Shown one piece after another: positions 25,201 through 35,400 of a stretch of 64,000 nucleotides of DNA. Under the pieces are notes generated by a model. That model worked only from the letters and a program-made list of their open reading frames with translations. It had not been told where the DNA came from and did not search any database. Positions within the stretch are counted from its first letter, which is position 1. Each line of letters begins with the position of its first letter. Origin of the DNA: Nemertoderma westbladi (taxonomy: Eukaryota > Animalia > Xenacoelomorpha). The DNA lies in the NCBI GenBank assembly GCA_032718475.1, contig JAUCBJ010003513.1, positions 1-64,000 on the forward strand. Direction: 5' to 3'. Both the position numbers and the translations under genes were made by a program.

Positions 25201-25445
25201 ATTGTTTAGTTTCGAATTTCTAAAGAATGTTATAAAAATAACCCGTGTTGCAATTCGCATGAGGCCTATAGTACGTAACTATACCTACCAATTTTCGTGC
25301 CCATCATATTCATTCATTTATCCATCATCGGCCCTGGTTTACGTGGAATTTTATAGGAATTTTCGCAACTTTTTGGTTTCAGGGAATATTGAAAAAACAA
25401 AAGGAATTGACAGATATAAAAAGAAGCGAGACACCTGCCACCTGA
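1238..25445 (+). CDS. CCDC66: CCDC66-like coiled-coil/centriolar protein, 3' part (5' exons upstream of window). Exons 1238-1423, 1600-1729, 1885-2151, 3621-3758, 7260-7406, 7563-7617, 24451-24537, 25383-25445
   Basis: All introns are GT..AG with matching phases (1,2,2,2,2,0,0), giving an open ~356-aa C-terminus. The motifs TGEFVPFRRTATDVIDDP and ERQGQILQQLDSLRQ|GILKKQKELT resemble, from memory, the CCDC66 C-terminal EFVPYVRT...LDP and RQQAILKGLSELRQGLLQKQKELE. Further exons inside the 16.8-kb intron cannot be excluded. Confidence 0.65.
3953..6880 (-). CDS. LINE ORF2 (partial AP endonuclease + reverse transcriptase), L2/CR1 type, 975 aa
   Basis: Motifs FRPVSNL, QSAYR, LLDLSAAFDTVDH, GLPQGSVLGP, LYADDTQLY, and the L2-type C-terminus HITPVLKRLHWL...RAFS.AAP.IWNSLP. 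Confidence 0.92.
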   Translation of the reverse strand: MYSNIDILNCFGLVQLVNQPTHIKGHTLDLVLVHTDDQNIVCNVFVRNIGLSDHFAVYFNLNFTKPADISQTISYRNISKINGNLFLEDLKHSPVCDSPSGDINGVIKMYNDNLMNILDKHAPLQTKTVSMRPKANWYTDEINDAKRKRRRLERRYRKTNICADCIAYRLQCTVVANTIASAKETYYSNIIKNNAGDQRKLFSVAAKILYRKNKSTLPSHEDDEKLANRFMEFFDKKIKDIRYDLLSGNGGSTSRGVDDLGAPTEGAIKLGVPTGGATELGIPTGGDTGLGAPTGESSDQGVPTGGASDLGIPTGGAAGLGVSTGGATGLGVPTGGSSELGIPIGGPSDLGILTGEASDLGVPTGGASELGVPMGGATNMGIPTGGVTGLGAPMGGATELGIHTGAATGLGIPTGCATNLGIPTGGATGLGVPTGMGGATNGKGNNIPKLEHFNKITMDEAEKLIKNSKSKSSTMDPIPTQLVKHSIKLLLPVIMLIINLSITTATVPTLFKEAVLTPVIKKARLNPEILRNFRPVSNLIYLAKLTERVIANQLMTHKNINKLYEPLQSAYRPLHGTETALLKVSDDILRKIDSGSGVLLVLLDLSAAFDTVDHDHVKLLDTLDREIGVEGIALDWFRSYLSNRSQQVRINAKYSNRLDLLYGLPQGSVLGPILLSIYTRSLSNVIRNHGLSYHLYADDTQLYISFKPINSSVAVEVTERCVADVKKWMEDNLLKMNSDKTEIILLQSRFGKQLTPPNIQIGDDLISCSDKARNIGFIVDSNLTYINQISTTVRDAFLHLRSLAKIKRYLSRHDLEILIHAFVTNKLDSNNSLYYGLPSKSIKKLQYVQNSAARLLEGVKKQEHITPVLKRLHWLAVNLRIKFKIALLTFKCLHGATPAYLTHLITPYVPPRQLRSADKGLLFVPQFYLHNYGRRAFSIAAPTIWNSLPQEVRDATTLTLFKSRLKTHLYKEEYC
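5570..6115 (-). repeat. 30-bp in-frame minisatellite inside LINE ORF2 (10-aa unit ~GIPTGGATEL, ~18 copies)
   Basis: TAGGAA(T/C)GCCCAG... recurs every 30 bp and the translated repeat has no stops. Confidence 0.9.
6992..7130 (+). mobile_element. 3' half of the SINE family seen full-length at 59805-60084
   Basis: GCATCTCTGCCTTGCAT...TAAATGAGTACTGGAGTTTCCTCTGGGG...GTTCTGGGGGGACCG matches the reverse complement of ~59840-59960. Confidence 0.8.
8300..12343. repeat. 21-bp tandem repeat (GCGGTACTAGCAGTACCGGCT and variants), ~190 copies
   Basis: Unit read directly. It contains the inverted repeat CGGTACT-AGC-AGTACCG. Confidence 0.95.
12755..15137. repeat. ~33-bp tandem repeat (TATTACAGTTCTGTACTTGCACCATATGGTGTG; 32-35 bp variants), ~70 copies
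   Basis: Unit read directly. It contains TACAG-TT-CTGTA and the palindrome CACCATATGGTG. Confidence 0.95.
17015..21103 (-). CDS. SSH: Protein phosphatase Slingshot (cofilin phosphatase), single-exon CDS, 1362 aa
   Basis: MALVTVQRSP start, SLNESYF, N-terminal domain (HLQSMFFLLRPQDIIKLAVRLE, FKPVSVKAMWSALQ), DEK-C-like region, and a dual-specificity phosphatase domain (FLGSEWNASNLEEL, VHCKMGISRSA, PNQGF). Confidence 0.95.
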   Translation of the reverse strand: MALVTVQRSPNTSADSSSTPSECGEEIHQRRRYSLNESYFSLKGPISNLPQSYKSTGKYGDSLHNHLQSMFFLLRPQDIIKLAVRLEGDSKASVTRYLVVVSTMGRQDTEESVILGLDYGDKATIGIALPIWSDTKVTLDGDGGFRIATNNRYYIFKPVSVKAMWSALQCLFRCLQIAHVNNYFVGGLNLTWTSYYEANVSSDRQCRLDWHLLEDIESHRPESPSSIPTERQVAEKLIRVKLKEVMLTLDLENVNSKQIRTCLEREMDMELQNYKKFIDDEMIIILRQMDRASEIQPYLFLGSEWNASNLEELKENGVGCILNVTKEIDNFFPGIFHYKNIRLYDVEASDLLSHFESTYQYISKAKREGVKVLVHCKMGISRSASTVIAFVMKEYNMSLGDAVELVRSRRSCIRPNQGFVRQLETYEGILNASHQRLRFQAVEASAGTEDVEMVDDQVDHELESSTQFPGSIAVDPGMSDSMVDGAPGMSDSMVVGAPGMSDSMVVGAAGMSDSMVVGAPEMSDSRPMVVGAPGMSDSMVARQTAEFPDVFNSPTVSEDPIFRPPHTIDPGRFDVVVHLSSPPTFSYSEPRLSGLRRSRGAGVERLTVMGEFNTEGNYSGEENNLEEPSICVDIAEDDSPSCRSRLDSRNSLGLPTDLATPRSPFQGIKFDFNLDPRLHASQESLLCNADSVENLSVSDPSADLGMELDDETPAPPCVDGRHCGSPVGCGADTDDVTVAWAPPPSPIFFRGSANRLSVTEEEEPTSSDDGHSASVKVLDTSDCDGQPLLDTKAPLSDIRASLSETTTPLSETTALLSDTRALLSDTRAPLSDTTTLLSDTKAPLSDIRASLSDTTALLSDTKSPLSDNTTPLSETTTPLSDTRALLSDTRAPSSDKTILLSDTTTPLSDPGAPRSDPDSSPGYHSGVRTSTPSSPSRSPSTGAEDSGGLYDTEHVHVLKRHEPVEEQLSRLLETPVASGASDYQPEPGSVRRQTQEIELKWSATPEKQSSSTRIALEGVTVGESSSDWLDGQTDTVGQTVADVGDDAITSASAVDDPDTNRSRLRSYLADYSAHQPPTEFVPPPGTVQRLIQSTVPRPTRRLFVEGGESQEDASLESDSVRVRTGTVREQAQGFEQPRTETSRELAVNLYDEEKIPFDEGTVRKQKADYEKRVDVEKLSPKWERVGVASPERVGRQAELVYVADSEETGCREPRATSLPTSPEMEHKCIELENREFTVSELKQQFAVLSVSPPSAPGRLPDSEVVDSKLKRSHSFGNAGLEAACRPGKSTRSASHLANSSVVTAATVHTPPDNQPKRQRFDQSSLPRYPATWSVADGRRYVMGRTHPVRRLAHKNQNFTGTL
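18380..18740 (-). repeat. 21-bp coding repeat in the Slingshot tail (7-aa LSDT(R/T)(A/T)(P/L), ~17 copies)
   Basis: Seen in both DNA and translation. Confidence 0.85.
19480..19680 (-). repeat. 33-bp coding repeat in Slingshot (11-aa PGMSDSMVVGA, ~6 copies)
   Basis: Seen in both DNA and translation. Confidence 0.85.
21762..22145. repeat. Three ~125-bp tandem units with (CTGT)n/CTGTCCGTC; related single copy at ~42220-42290; probably derived from a Helitron/Helentron-like dispersed repeat
   Basis: GGTTTTCCTGGTCGCTGATTTCA...AATCTAGTCTGTC recurs at ~21787, 21915, 22050 and 42223. Confidence 0.7.
22330..23230 (-). pseudogene. P-element/THAP9-like transposase relic (frameshifted)
   Basis: Fragments QKMCVVMADEVYVKP, MLQCLFGGPKF, ILDNNKVNH, LLNDTVHILKCIRNNWY and FIVKWWVVVNNK match P-superfamily transposase motifs, spread over several frames. 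Confidence 0.85.
23447..24397. mobile_element. ~950-bp dispersed repeat, copy 1; probably the 5' end of the P-like element
   Basis: Direct repeat of 62015-62978, from ATGGCTTTAAACGAACT to CCAGTCTAAAGACAG. Confidence 0.8.
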
Positions 25446-26426
25446 TTATAAATATAATGGTTCTTCAACTGGGCTATATGATTTCGAGTCAATCATATTT
25501 CAATTGTTACTACTAATACTTCCAGAAGAGGTGGTGGTGATGGACTTGATGAAATGCTTCTATGTAAAAATTTTAAAACTTGGGGATCATATTAGCAATA
25601 ACCCTTGGTTGGAACTGTTTGTTTTTATTAAACCTGATATAATAATTGATACAAGGTCTGCTACCTACTATGAACCAGCTGGTTCATTTTAATTTATTTA
25701 AATTTAACTTATATCAAATATACAGTCTTATATAATAATATTCGTTACGTTAACTTATCAGTACCAACTTACAGTTGTGGTAGTGTAGTGAAGACAATTA
25801 TTATTAATTACATAAAATTATTTTATTAATAATTATTATTAAACATTATTAAAGCTAATAATTAAGCATTCAGAACACCGAGAAATTGACATAATGTAAC
25901 ATTATTGTGTGACAAGACGACAAGAGCTCTATTCAGAGTTTATGACCCTTGCATATTGACGTAGCATAAACCTCACTAGGTGTGTTCGCGCGGGAAATAA
26001 AATATGTACACTCGGGTGTCATTGTCATGTTGCCGATAAGTGCTACTCTTCACACAATGATGTAAAAATTTAACATTAACTGTGTAAATATTAATAATAT
26101 AAGTAATATTTTTATTGAGGTTTTGTATAACTATTTATGGTCACAATATATTAATTTTTAAACTATTAATAATTTATTTATTTATATCAAGTCTTCACAA
26201 TCCACTAAAGAGGCAAGGGGCCACCTGCCCAATATTATATATCACAATATTATAACAATACAATTACTCTTTGTACACTAAGTTAGTACCGGTACTTTAT
26301 TTGGCTACGTGAATAAGGTTTCCAAGTCACGAAATAGGTGTGTCAACTGGAAAACAATTTTTATTTTAAAAAAATGCCACAACTCTTAATGATTGAGCGT
26401 TAGTCATAATTCATATACACGATAGA

Positions 26427-29400
26427 TAGTATGGTCTTACAATCAACGTTTAGTATGGTGTTACAATCAGCGTTTAGTATGGTCTTACAATCAACGTTTA
26501 GTATGGTGTTATAATCAGCGTTTAGTATTGTGTTACAATCAGCGTTTAGTATGGTCTTACAATCAGCATTTAGTATGGTCTTACAATCAACGTTTAGTAT
26601 GGTGTTACAATCAGCATTTAGTATGGTCTTACAATCAACGTTTAGTATGGTGTTACAATCAGCGTTTAGTATGGTCTTACAATCAACGTTTAGTATGGTG
26701 TTACAATCAACGTTTAGTATGGCGTTACAATCAGCGTTTAGTATGGTGTTACAATCAGCGTTTAGTATGGTGTTACAATCAGCGTTTAGTATGGTCTTAC
26801 AATCAACGTTTAGTATGGTGTTACAATCAACGTTTAGTATGGCGTTACAATCAGCGTTTAGTATGGTGTTACAATTAGCGTTTAGTATGGCGTTACAATC
26901 AACGTTTAGTATGGTCTTACAATCAACGTTTAGTATGGTGTTACAATCAACGTTTAGTATGGCGTTACAATCAGCGTTTAGTATGGTGTTACAATCAGCG
27001 TTTAGTATGGCGTTACAATCAACGTTTAGTATGGTCTTACAATCAACGTTTAGTATGGTGTTACAATCAACGTTTAGTATGGTCTTACAATCAACGTTTA
27101 GTATGGTGTTACAATCAACGTTTAGTATGGCCTTACAATCAACGTTTAGTATGGTCTTACAATCAACGTTTAGTATGGTGTTACAATCAACGTTTAGTAT
27201 GGTCTTACAATCAACGTTTAGTATGGTGTTACAATCAGCGTTTAGTATGGTCTTACAATCAACGTTTAGTATGGTGTTACAATCAACGTTTAGTATGGCG
27301 TTACAATCAGCGTTTAGTATGGTGTTACAATTAGCGTTTAGTATGGCGTTACAATCAACGTTTAGTATGGTCTTACAATCAACGTTTAGTATGGTGTTAC
27401 CATCAGCGTTTAGTATGGTCTTACAATCAACGTTTAGTATGGTGTTACAATCAGCGTTTAGTATGGTCTTACAATCAACGTTTAGTATGGTGTTACAATC
27501 AGCGTTTAGTATGGTCTTACAATCAACGTTTAGTATGGTGTTACAATCAGCGTTTAGTATGGTGTTACAATCAGCGTTTAGTATGGTCTTACAATCAACG
27601 TTTAGTATGGTGTTACAATCAACGTTTAGTATGGCGTTACAATCAGCGTTTAGTATGGTGTTACAATTAGCGTTTAGTATGGTGTTACAATCAACGTTTA
27701 GTATGGTGTTACAATCAGCGTTTAGTATGGTCTTACAATCAACGTTTAGTATGGTGTTACAATCAACGTTTAGTATGGCGTTACAATCAGCGTTTAGTAT
27801 GGTGTTACAATTAGCGTTTAGTATGGTGTTACAATCAACGTTTAGTATGGTGTTACAATCAGCGTTTAGTATGGTCTTACAATCAACGTTTAGTATGGTG
27901 TTACAATCAACGTTTAGTATGGCGTTACAATCAGCGTTTAGTATGGTGTTACAATTAGCGTTTAGTATGGTCTTACAATCAACGTTTAGTATGGTGTTAC
28001 AATCAACGTTTAGTATGGCGTTACAATCAGCGTTTAGTATGGTGTTACAATTAGCGTTTAGTATGGTGTTACAATCAGCGTTTAGTATGGTGTTACAATC
28101 AGCGTTTAGTATGGTGTCAATGGCGTTACAATCAACGTTTAGTATGGTCTTACAATCAACGTTTAGTATGGTGTTACAATCAGCGTTTAGTATGGCGTTA
28201 CAATTAGCGTTTAGTATGGTGTTACAGTTAGCGTTTAGTATGGCGTTACAATCAACGTTTAGTATGGTCTTACAATCAACGTTTAGTATGGTGTTACAAT
28301 CAGCGTTTAGTATGGCGTTACAATCAACGTTTAGTATGGTCTTACAATCAACGTTTAGTATGGTGTTACAATCAGCGTTTAGTATGGCGTTACAATCAGC
28401 GTTTAGTATGGTGTTACAATTAGCGTTTAGTATGGCATTACAATCAACGTTTAGTTAGGTCTTACAATCAACGTTTAGTATGGCGTTACAATCAGCGTTT
28501 AGTATGGTGTTACAATTAGCGTTTAGTATGGCGTTACAATCAACGTTTAGTATGGTCTTACAATCAACGTTTAGTATGGTGTTACAATCAGCGTTTAGTA
28601 TGGTCTTACAATCAACGTTTAGTATGGTGTTACAATCAACGTTTAGTATGGCGTTACAATCAGCGTTTAGTATGGTGTTACAATTAGCGTTTAGTATGGC
28701 GTTACAATCAACGTTTAGTATGGTCTTACAATCAACGTTTAGTATGGTGTTACAATCAGCGTTTAGTATGGCGTTACAATTAGCGTTTAGTATGGTGTTA
28801 CAGTTAGCGTTTAGTATGGTCTTACAATCAACGTTTAGTATGGTCTTACAATCAACGTTTAGTATGGTGTTACAATCAGCGTTTAGTATGGCGTTACAAT
28901 CAACGTTTAGTATGGTCTTACAATCAACGTTTAGTATGGTGTTACAATCAGCGTTTAGTATGGCGTTACAATCAGCGTTTAGTATGGTGTTACAATTAGC
29001 GTTTAGTATGGCGTTACAATTAGCGTTTAGTATGGTGTTACAGTTAGCGTTTAGTATGGTCTTACAATCAACGTTTAGTATGGTCTTACAATCAACGTTT
29101 AGTATGGTGTTACAATCAGCGTTTAGTATGGCGTTACAATCAACGTTTAGTATGGTCTTACAATCAACGTTTAGTATGGTGTTACAATCAGCGTTTAGTA
29201 TGGCGTTACAATCAGCGTTTAGTATGGTGTTACAATTAGCGTTTAGTATGGCATTACAATCAACGTTTAGTTAGGTCTTACAATCAACGTTTAGTATGGT
29301 GTTACAATCAGCGTTTAGTATTGCGTTACAATCAACATTTAGTATGGTCTTACAATCAGCGTTTAGTATGGTGTTGCAATAAGCGTTTAGTATGGCGTTA

Positions 29401-32400
29401 CAATCAACGTTTAGTATGGTCTTACAATCAACGTTTAGTATGGTGTTACAATCAGCGTTTAGTATTGCGTTACAATCAACATTTAGTATGGTCTTACAAT
29501 CAGCGTTTAGTATGGTGTTACAATAAGCGTTTAGTATGGTTTTACAATCAACGTTTAGTATGGTGTTACAATCAGCGTTTAGTATGGTGTTACAATCAAT
29601 GTTTAGTATGGTCTTACAATCAGCGTTTAGTATTGTGTTACAATCTATGTTTAGTATGGTCTTTCAATCAACGTTTAGTATGGTGTTACAATCAGCGTTT
29701 AGTATGGTCTTACAATCAACGTTTAGTATGGTGTTACAATCAGCGTTTAGTATGGCGTTACAATCAGCGTTTAGTATGGTGTTACAATTAGCGTTTAGTA
29801 TGGCGTTACAATCAACGTTTAGTATGGTGTTACAATCAGCGTTTAGTATGGCGTTACAATCAACGTTTAGTATGGTCTTACAATCAACGTTTAGTATGGT
29901 GTTACAATCAGCGTTTAGTATGGCGTTACAATCAGCGTTTAGTATGGTCTTACAATCAACGTTTAGTATGGTGTTATCATCAGCGTTTATTATTGTGTTA
30001 CAATCAGCGTTTAGTATGGTCTTACAATCAGCGTTTAGTATGGTGTTACAATCAGCGTTTAGTATGGCGTTACAATCAGCGTTTAGTATGGTGTTACAAT
30101 CTATGTTTAGTATTGTGTTACAATCAACGTTTAGTATGGCGTTACAATCAGCGTTTAGTATGGTCTTACAATCAACGTTTAGTATGGTGTTACCATCAGC
30201 GTTTATTATTGTGTTACAATCAGCGTTTAGTCAGCGTATAGTATGGTGTTACAATTAGCGTTTAGTATGGTGTTACAATCTATGTTTAGTATGGTCTTAC
30301 AATCAACGTTTAGTATGGCGTTACAATCAGCGTTTAGTATGGTGTTACAATCTATGTTTAGTATGGTCTTACAATCAACGTTTAGTATGGCGTTACAATC
30401 AGCGTTTAGTATTGTGTTACAATCAATGTTTAGTATGGTCTTACAATCAGCGTTTAGTATTGTGTTACAATCAATGTTTAGTATGGTGTTACAATCAACG
30501 TTTAGTATGGCGTTACAATCAGCGTTTAGTATGGTGTTACAATTAGCGTTTAGTATGGTGTTACAATCTATGTTTAGTATGGTCTTACAATCAACGTTTA
30601 GTATGGTGTTACAATCAGCGTTTAGTATGGTCTTACAATCAGCGTTTAGTATGGCGTTACAATCAGCGTTTAGTATGGTGTTACAATTAGCGTTTAGTAT
30701 GGCGTTACAATCAACGTTTAGTATGGCGTTACAATCAGCGTTTAGTATGGTGTTACAATCTATGTTTAGTATGGTCTTACAATCAACGTTTAGTATGGTG
30801 TTACAATCAGCGTTTAGTATGGCGTTACAATCAGCGTTTAGTATGGTGTTACAATTAGCGTTTAGTATGGCATTACAATCAACGTTTAGTATGGTCTTAC
30901 AATCAACGTTTAGTATGGTGTTACAATCAGCGTTTAGTATTGCGTTACAATCAACATTTAGTATGGTCTTACAATCAACGTTTAGTATGGCGTTACAATC
31001 AGCGTTTAGTATGGTGTTACAATCTATGTTTAGTATGGTCTTACAATCAACGTTTAGTATGGTGTTACAATCAGCGTTTAGTATGGTCTTACAATCAGCG
31101 TTTAGTATGGCGTTACAATCAGCGTTTAGTATGGTGTTACAATTAGCGTTTAGTATGGCGTTACAATCAACGTTTAGTATGGTCTTACAATCAACGTTTA
31201 GTATGGTGTTACAATCAGCGTTTAGTATGGCGTTACTATCAGCGTTTAGTATGGTGTTACAATCTATGTTTAGTATGGTCTTACAATCAACGTTTAGTAT
31301 GGTGTTACAATCAGCGTTTAGTATGGTCTTACAATCAACGTTTAGTATGGTGTTACAATTAGCGTTTAGTATGGCGTTACAATCAGCGTTTAGTATGGTG
31401 TTACAGTTAGCGTTTAGTATGGCGTTACAATCAACGTTTAGTATGGTGTTACAATCAGCGTTTAGTATGGCGTTACAATCAACGTTTAGTATGGTCTTAC
31501 AATCAACGTTTAGTATGGTGTTACAATCAGCGTTTAGTATGGCGTTACAATCAGCGTTTAGTATGGTGTTACAATTAGCGTTTAGTATGGCATTACAATC
31601 AACGTTTAGTATGGTGTCAATGGTGTTACAATTAGCGTTTAGTATGGCGTTACAATCAGCGTTTAGTATGGTGTTACAGTTAGCGTTTAGTATGGCGTTA
31701 CAATCAACGTTTAGTATGGTGTTACAATCAGCGTTTAGTATGGCGTTACAATCAGCGTTTAGTATGGCGTTACAATCAGCGTTTAGTATGGTGTTACAAT
31801 CAGCGTTTAGTATGGCGTTACAATCAACGTTTAGTATGGTCTTACAATCAACGTTTAGTATGGTGTTACAATCAGCGTTTAGTATGGCGTTACTATCAGC
31901 GTTTAGTATGGTGTTACAATCTATGTTTAGTATGGTCTTACAATCAACGTTTAGTATGGTGTTACAATCAGCGTTTAGTATGGTCTTACAATCAACGTTT
32001 AGTATGGTGTTACAATTAGCGTTTAGTATGGCGTTACAATCAGCGTTTAGTATGGTGTTACAGTTAGCGTTTAGTATGGCGTTACAATCAACGTTTAGTA
32101 TGGTGTTACAATCAGCGTTTAGTATGGTGTTACAATCAACGTTTAGTATGGTGTTACAATCAACGTTTAGTATGGTGTTACAATCAGCGTTTAGTATTGC
32201 GTTACAATCAACATTTAGTATGGTCTTACAATCAGCGTTTAGTATGGTGTTACAATAAGCGTTTAGTATGGCGTTACAATCAACGTTTAGTATGGTCTTA
32301 CAATCAACGTTTAGTATGGTGTTACAATCAGCGTTTAGTATTGCGTTACAATCAACATTTAGTATGGTCTTACAATCAGCGTTTAGTATGGTGTTACAAT

Positions 32401-35400
32401 AAGCGTTTAGTATGGTTTTACAATCAACGTTTAGTATGGTGTTACAATCAGCGTTTAGTATGGTGTTACAATCAATGTTTAGTATGGTCTTACAATCAGC
32501 GTTTAGTATTGTGTTACAATCAGCGTTTAGTATGGCGTTACAATCAGCGTTTAGTATGGTGTTACAATTAGCGTTTAGTATGGCGTTACAATCAACGTTT
32601 AGTAAGGTGTTACAATCAACGTTTAGTATGGTGTTACAATTAGCGTTTAGTATGGTCTTACAATCAGCGTTTAGTATGGTATTACAATCAGCGTTTAGTA
32701 TGGTATTACAATCAATGTTTAGTATGGTCTTACAATCAGCGTTTAGTATTGTGTTACAATCTATGTTTAGTATGGTCTTACAATCAGCGTTTAGTATGGT
32801 GTCAATGGTGTTACAATCAGGGTTTAGTATGGTGTCAATGTTGTTACAATCACGGTTTAGTATGGTGTTACCATCAGCGTTTAGTATTGTGTTACAATCA
32901 ATGTTTAGTATGGTCTTACAATCAGCGTTTAGTATGGTGTCAATGGTGTTACAATCAGGGTTTAGTATGGTGTTACAATCAATGTTTAGTATGGTCTTAC
33001 AATCAGCGTTTAGTATTGTGTTACAATCAATGTTTAATATGGTCTTACAATCAGCGTTTAGTATGGTGTCAATGGTGTTACAATCAGGGTTTAGTATGGT
33101 GTCAATGGTGTTACAATCAGGGTTTAGTATGGTGTTACCATCAGCGTTTAGTATTGTGTTACAATCAATGTTTAGTATGGTCTTACAATCAGCGTTTAGT
33201 ATGGTGTCAATGGTGTTACAATCAGGGTTTAGTATGGTGTTACAATCAATGTTTAGTATGGTTTTACAATCAGCGTTTAGTATTGTGTTACAATCAATGT
33301 TTAGTATGGTCTTACAATCAGCGTTTAGTAAGGTGTCAATGGTGTTACAATCAGGGTTTAGTATGGTGTTACAATCAGCGTTTAGTATGGTGTTGCAATC
33401 AACGTTTAGTATGGTGTTACAATCAGCGTTTAGTATGGTGTTAAATCAGCGTTTAGTATTGTGTTACAATCAATGTTTAGTATGGTCTTACAATCAGCGT
33501 TTAGTATTGTGTTACAATCAATGTTTAGTATGGTCTTACAATCAGCGTTTAGTATGGTGTCAATGGTGTTACAATCAGGGTTTAATATGGTGTCAATGGT
33601 GTTACAATCAGGGTTTAGTATGGTGTTACCATCAGCGTTTATTATTGTGTTACAATCAATGTTTAGTATGGTCTTACAATCAGCGTTTAGTATGGTGTCA
33701 ATGGTGTTACAATCAGGGTTTAGTATGGTGTTACAATCAATGTTTAGTATGGTCTTACAATCAGCGTTTAGTATTGTGTTACAATCAATGTTTAGTATGG
33801 TCTTACAATCAGCGTTTAGTATGGTGTCAATGGTGTTACAATCAGCGTTTAGTATGGTGTCAATGGTGTTACAATCAGGGTTTAGTATGGTGTTACCATC
33901 AGCGTTTAGTATTGTGTTACAATCAATGTTTAGTATGGTCTTACAATCAACGTTTAGTATGGTGTCAATGGTGTTACAATCAGGGTTTAGTATGGTGTTA
34001 CAATCACTGTTTAGTATGGTTTTACAATCAGCGTTTAGTATTGTGTTACAATCAATGTTTAGTATGGTCTTACAATCAGCGTTTAGTAAGGTGTCAATGG
34101 TGTTACAATCAGAGTTTAGTATGGTGTTACAATCAGCGTTTAGTATGGTGTTACAATCAGCGTTTAGTATGGTGTTACAATCAGCGTTTAGTATGGTGTT
34201 ACAATCAGCATTAGGTATGGCATGGTGTCAATGGTGTTACAATCAGGGTTTAGTATGGTGTTACAATCAGCGTTTAGTATTGTGTTACAATCAATGTTTA
34301 GTATGGTCTTACAATCAGCGTTTAGTATGGTGTCAATGGTGTTACAATCAGGGTTTAGTATGGTGTCAATGGTGTTACAATCAGGGTTTAGTATGGTGTT
34401 ACCATCAGCGTTTAGTATTGTGTTACAATCAATGTTTAGTATGGTCTTACAATCAGCGTTTAGTATGGTGTCAATGGTGTTACAATCAGGGTTTAGTATG
34501 GTGTTACAATCAATGTTTAGTATGGTTTTACAATCAGCGTTTAGTATTGTGTTACAATCAATGTTTAGTATGGTCTTACAATCAGCGTTTAGTAAGGTGT
34601 CAATGGTGTTACAATCAGAGTTTAGTATGGTGTTACAATCAGCGTTTAGTATGGTGTTACAATCAGCGTTTAGTATGGTTTTACAATCAACGTTTAGTAT
34701 GGTGTTACAATCAGCGTTTAGTATGGTGTTACAATCAGCATTAGGTATGGCATGGTGTCAATGGTGTTACAATCAGGGTTTAGTATGGTGTTACAATCAG
34801 CGTTTAGTATTGTGTTACAATCAATGTTTAGTATGGTCTTACAATCAGCGTTTAGTATGGTGTCAATGGTGTTACAATCAGGGTTTAGTATGGTGTCAAT
34901 GGTGTTACAATCAGGGTTTAGTATGGTGTTACCATCAGCGTTTAGTATTGTGTTACAATCAATGTTTAGTATGGTCTTACAATCAGCGTTTAGTATGGTG
35001 TCAATGGTGTTACAATCAGGGTTTAGTATGGTGTTTCAATCAATGTTTAGTATGGTCTTACAATCAGCGTTTAGTATTGTGTTACAATCAATGTTTAGTA
35101 TGGTCTTACAATCAGCGTTTAGTATGGTGTCAATGGTGTTACAATCAGGGTTTAGTATGGTGTCAATGGTGTTACAATCAGGGTTTAGTATGGTGTTACC
35201 ATCAGCGTTTAGTATTGTGTTACAATCAATGTTTAGTATGGTCTTACAATCAGCGTTTAGTATGGTGTCAATGGTGTTACAATCAGGGTTTATTTAGTAT
35301 GGTGTTACAATCAATGTTTAGTATGGTTTTACAATCAGCGTTTAGTATTGTGTTACAATCAATGTTTAGTATGGTCTTACAATCAGCGTTTAGTAAGGTG

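Noticed and set aside
25905-25959. Alternative last exon for the CCDC66-like gene (TRRQELYSEF...)
   Set aside because: No phase-0 acceptor. Exon 25383-25445 has one and fits the family motif better.
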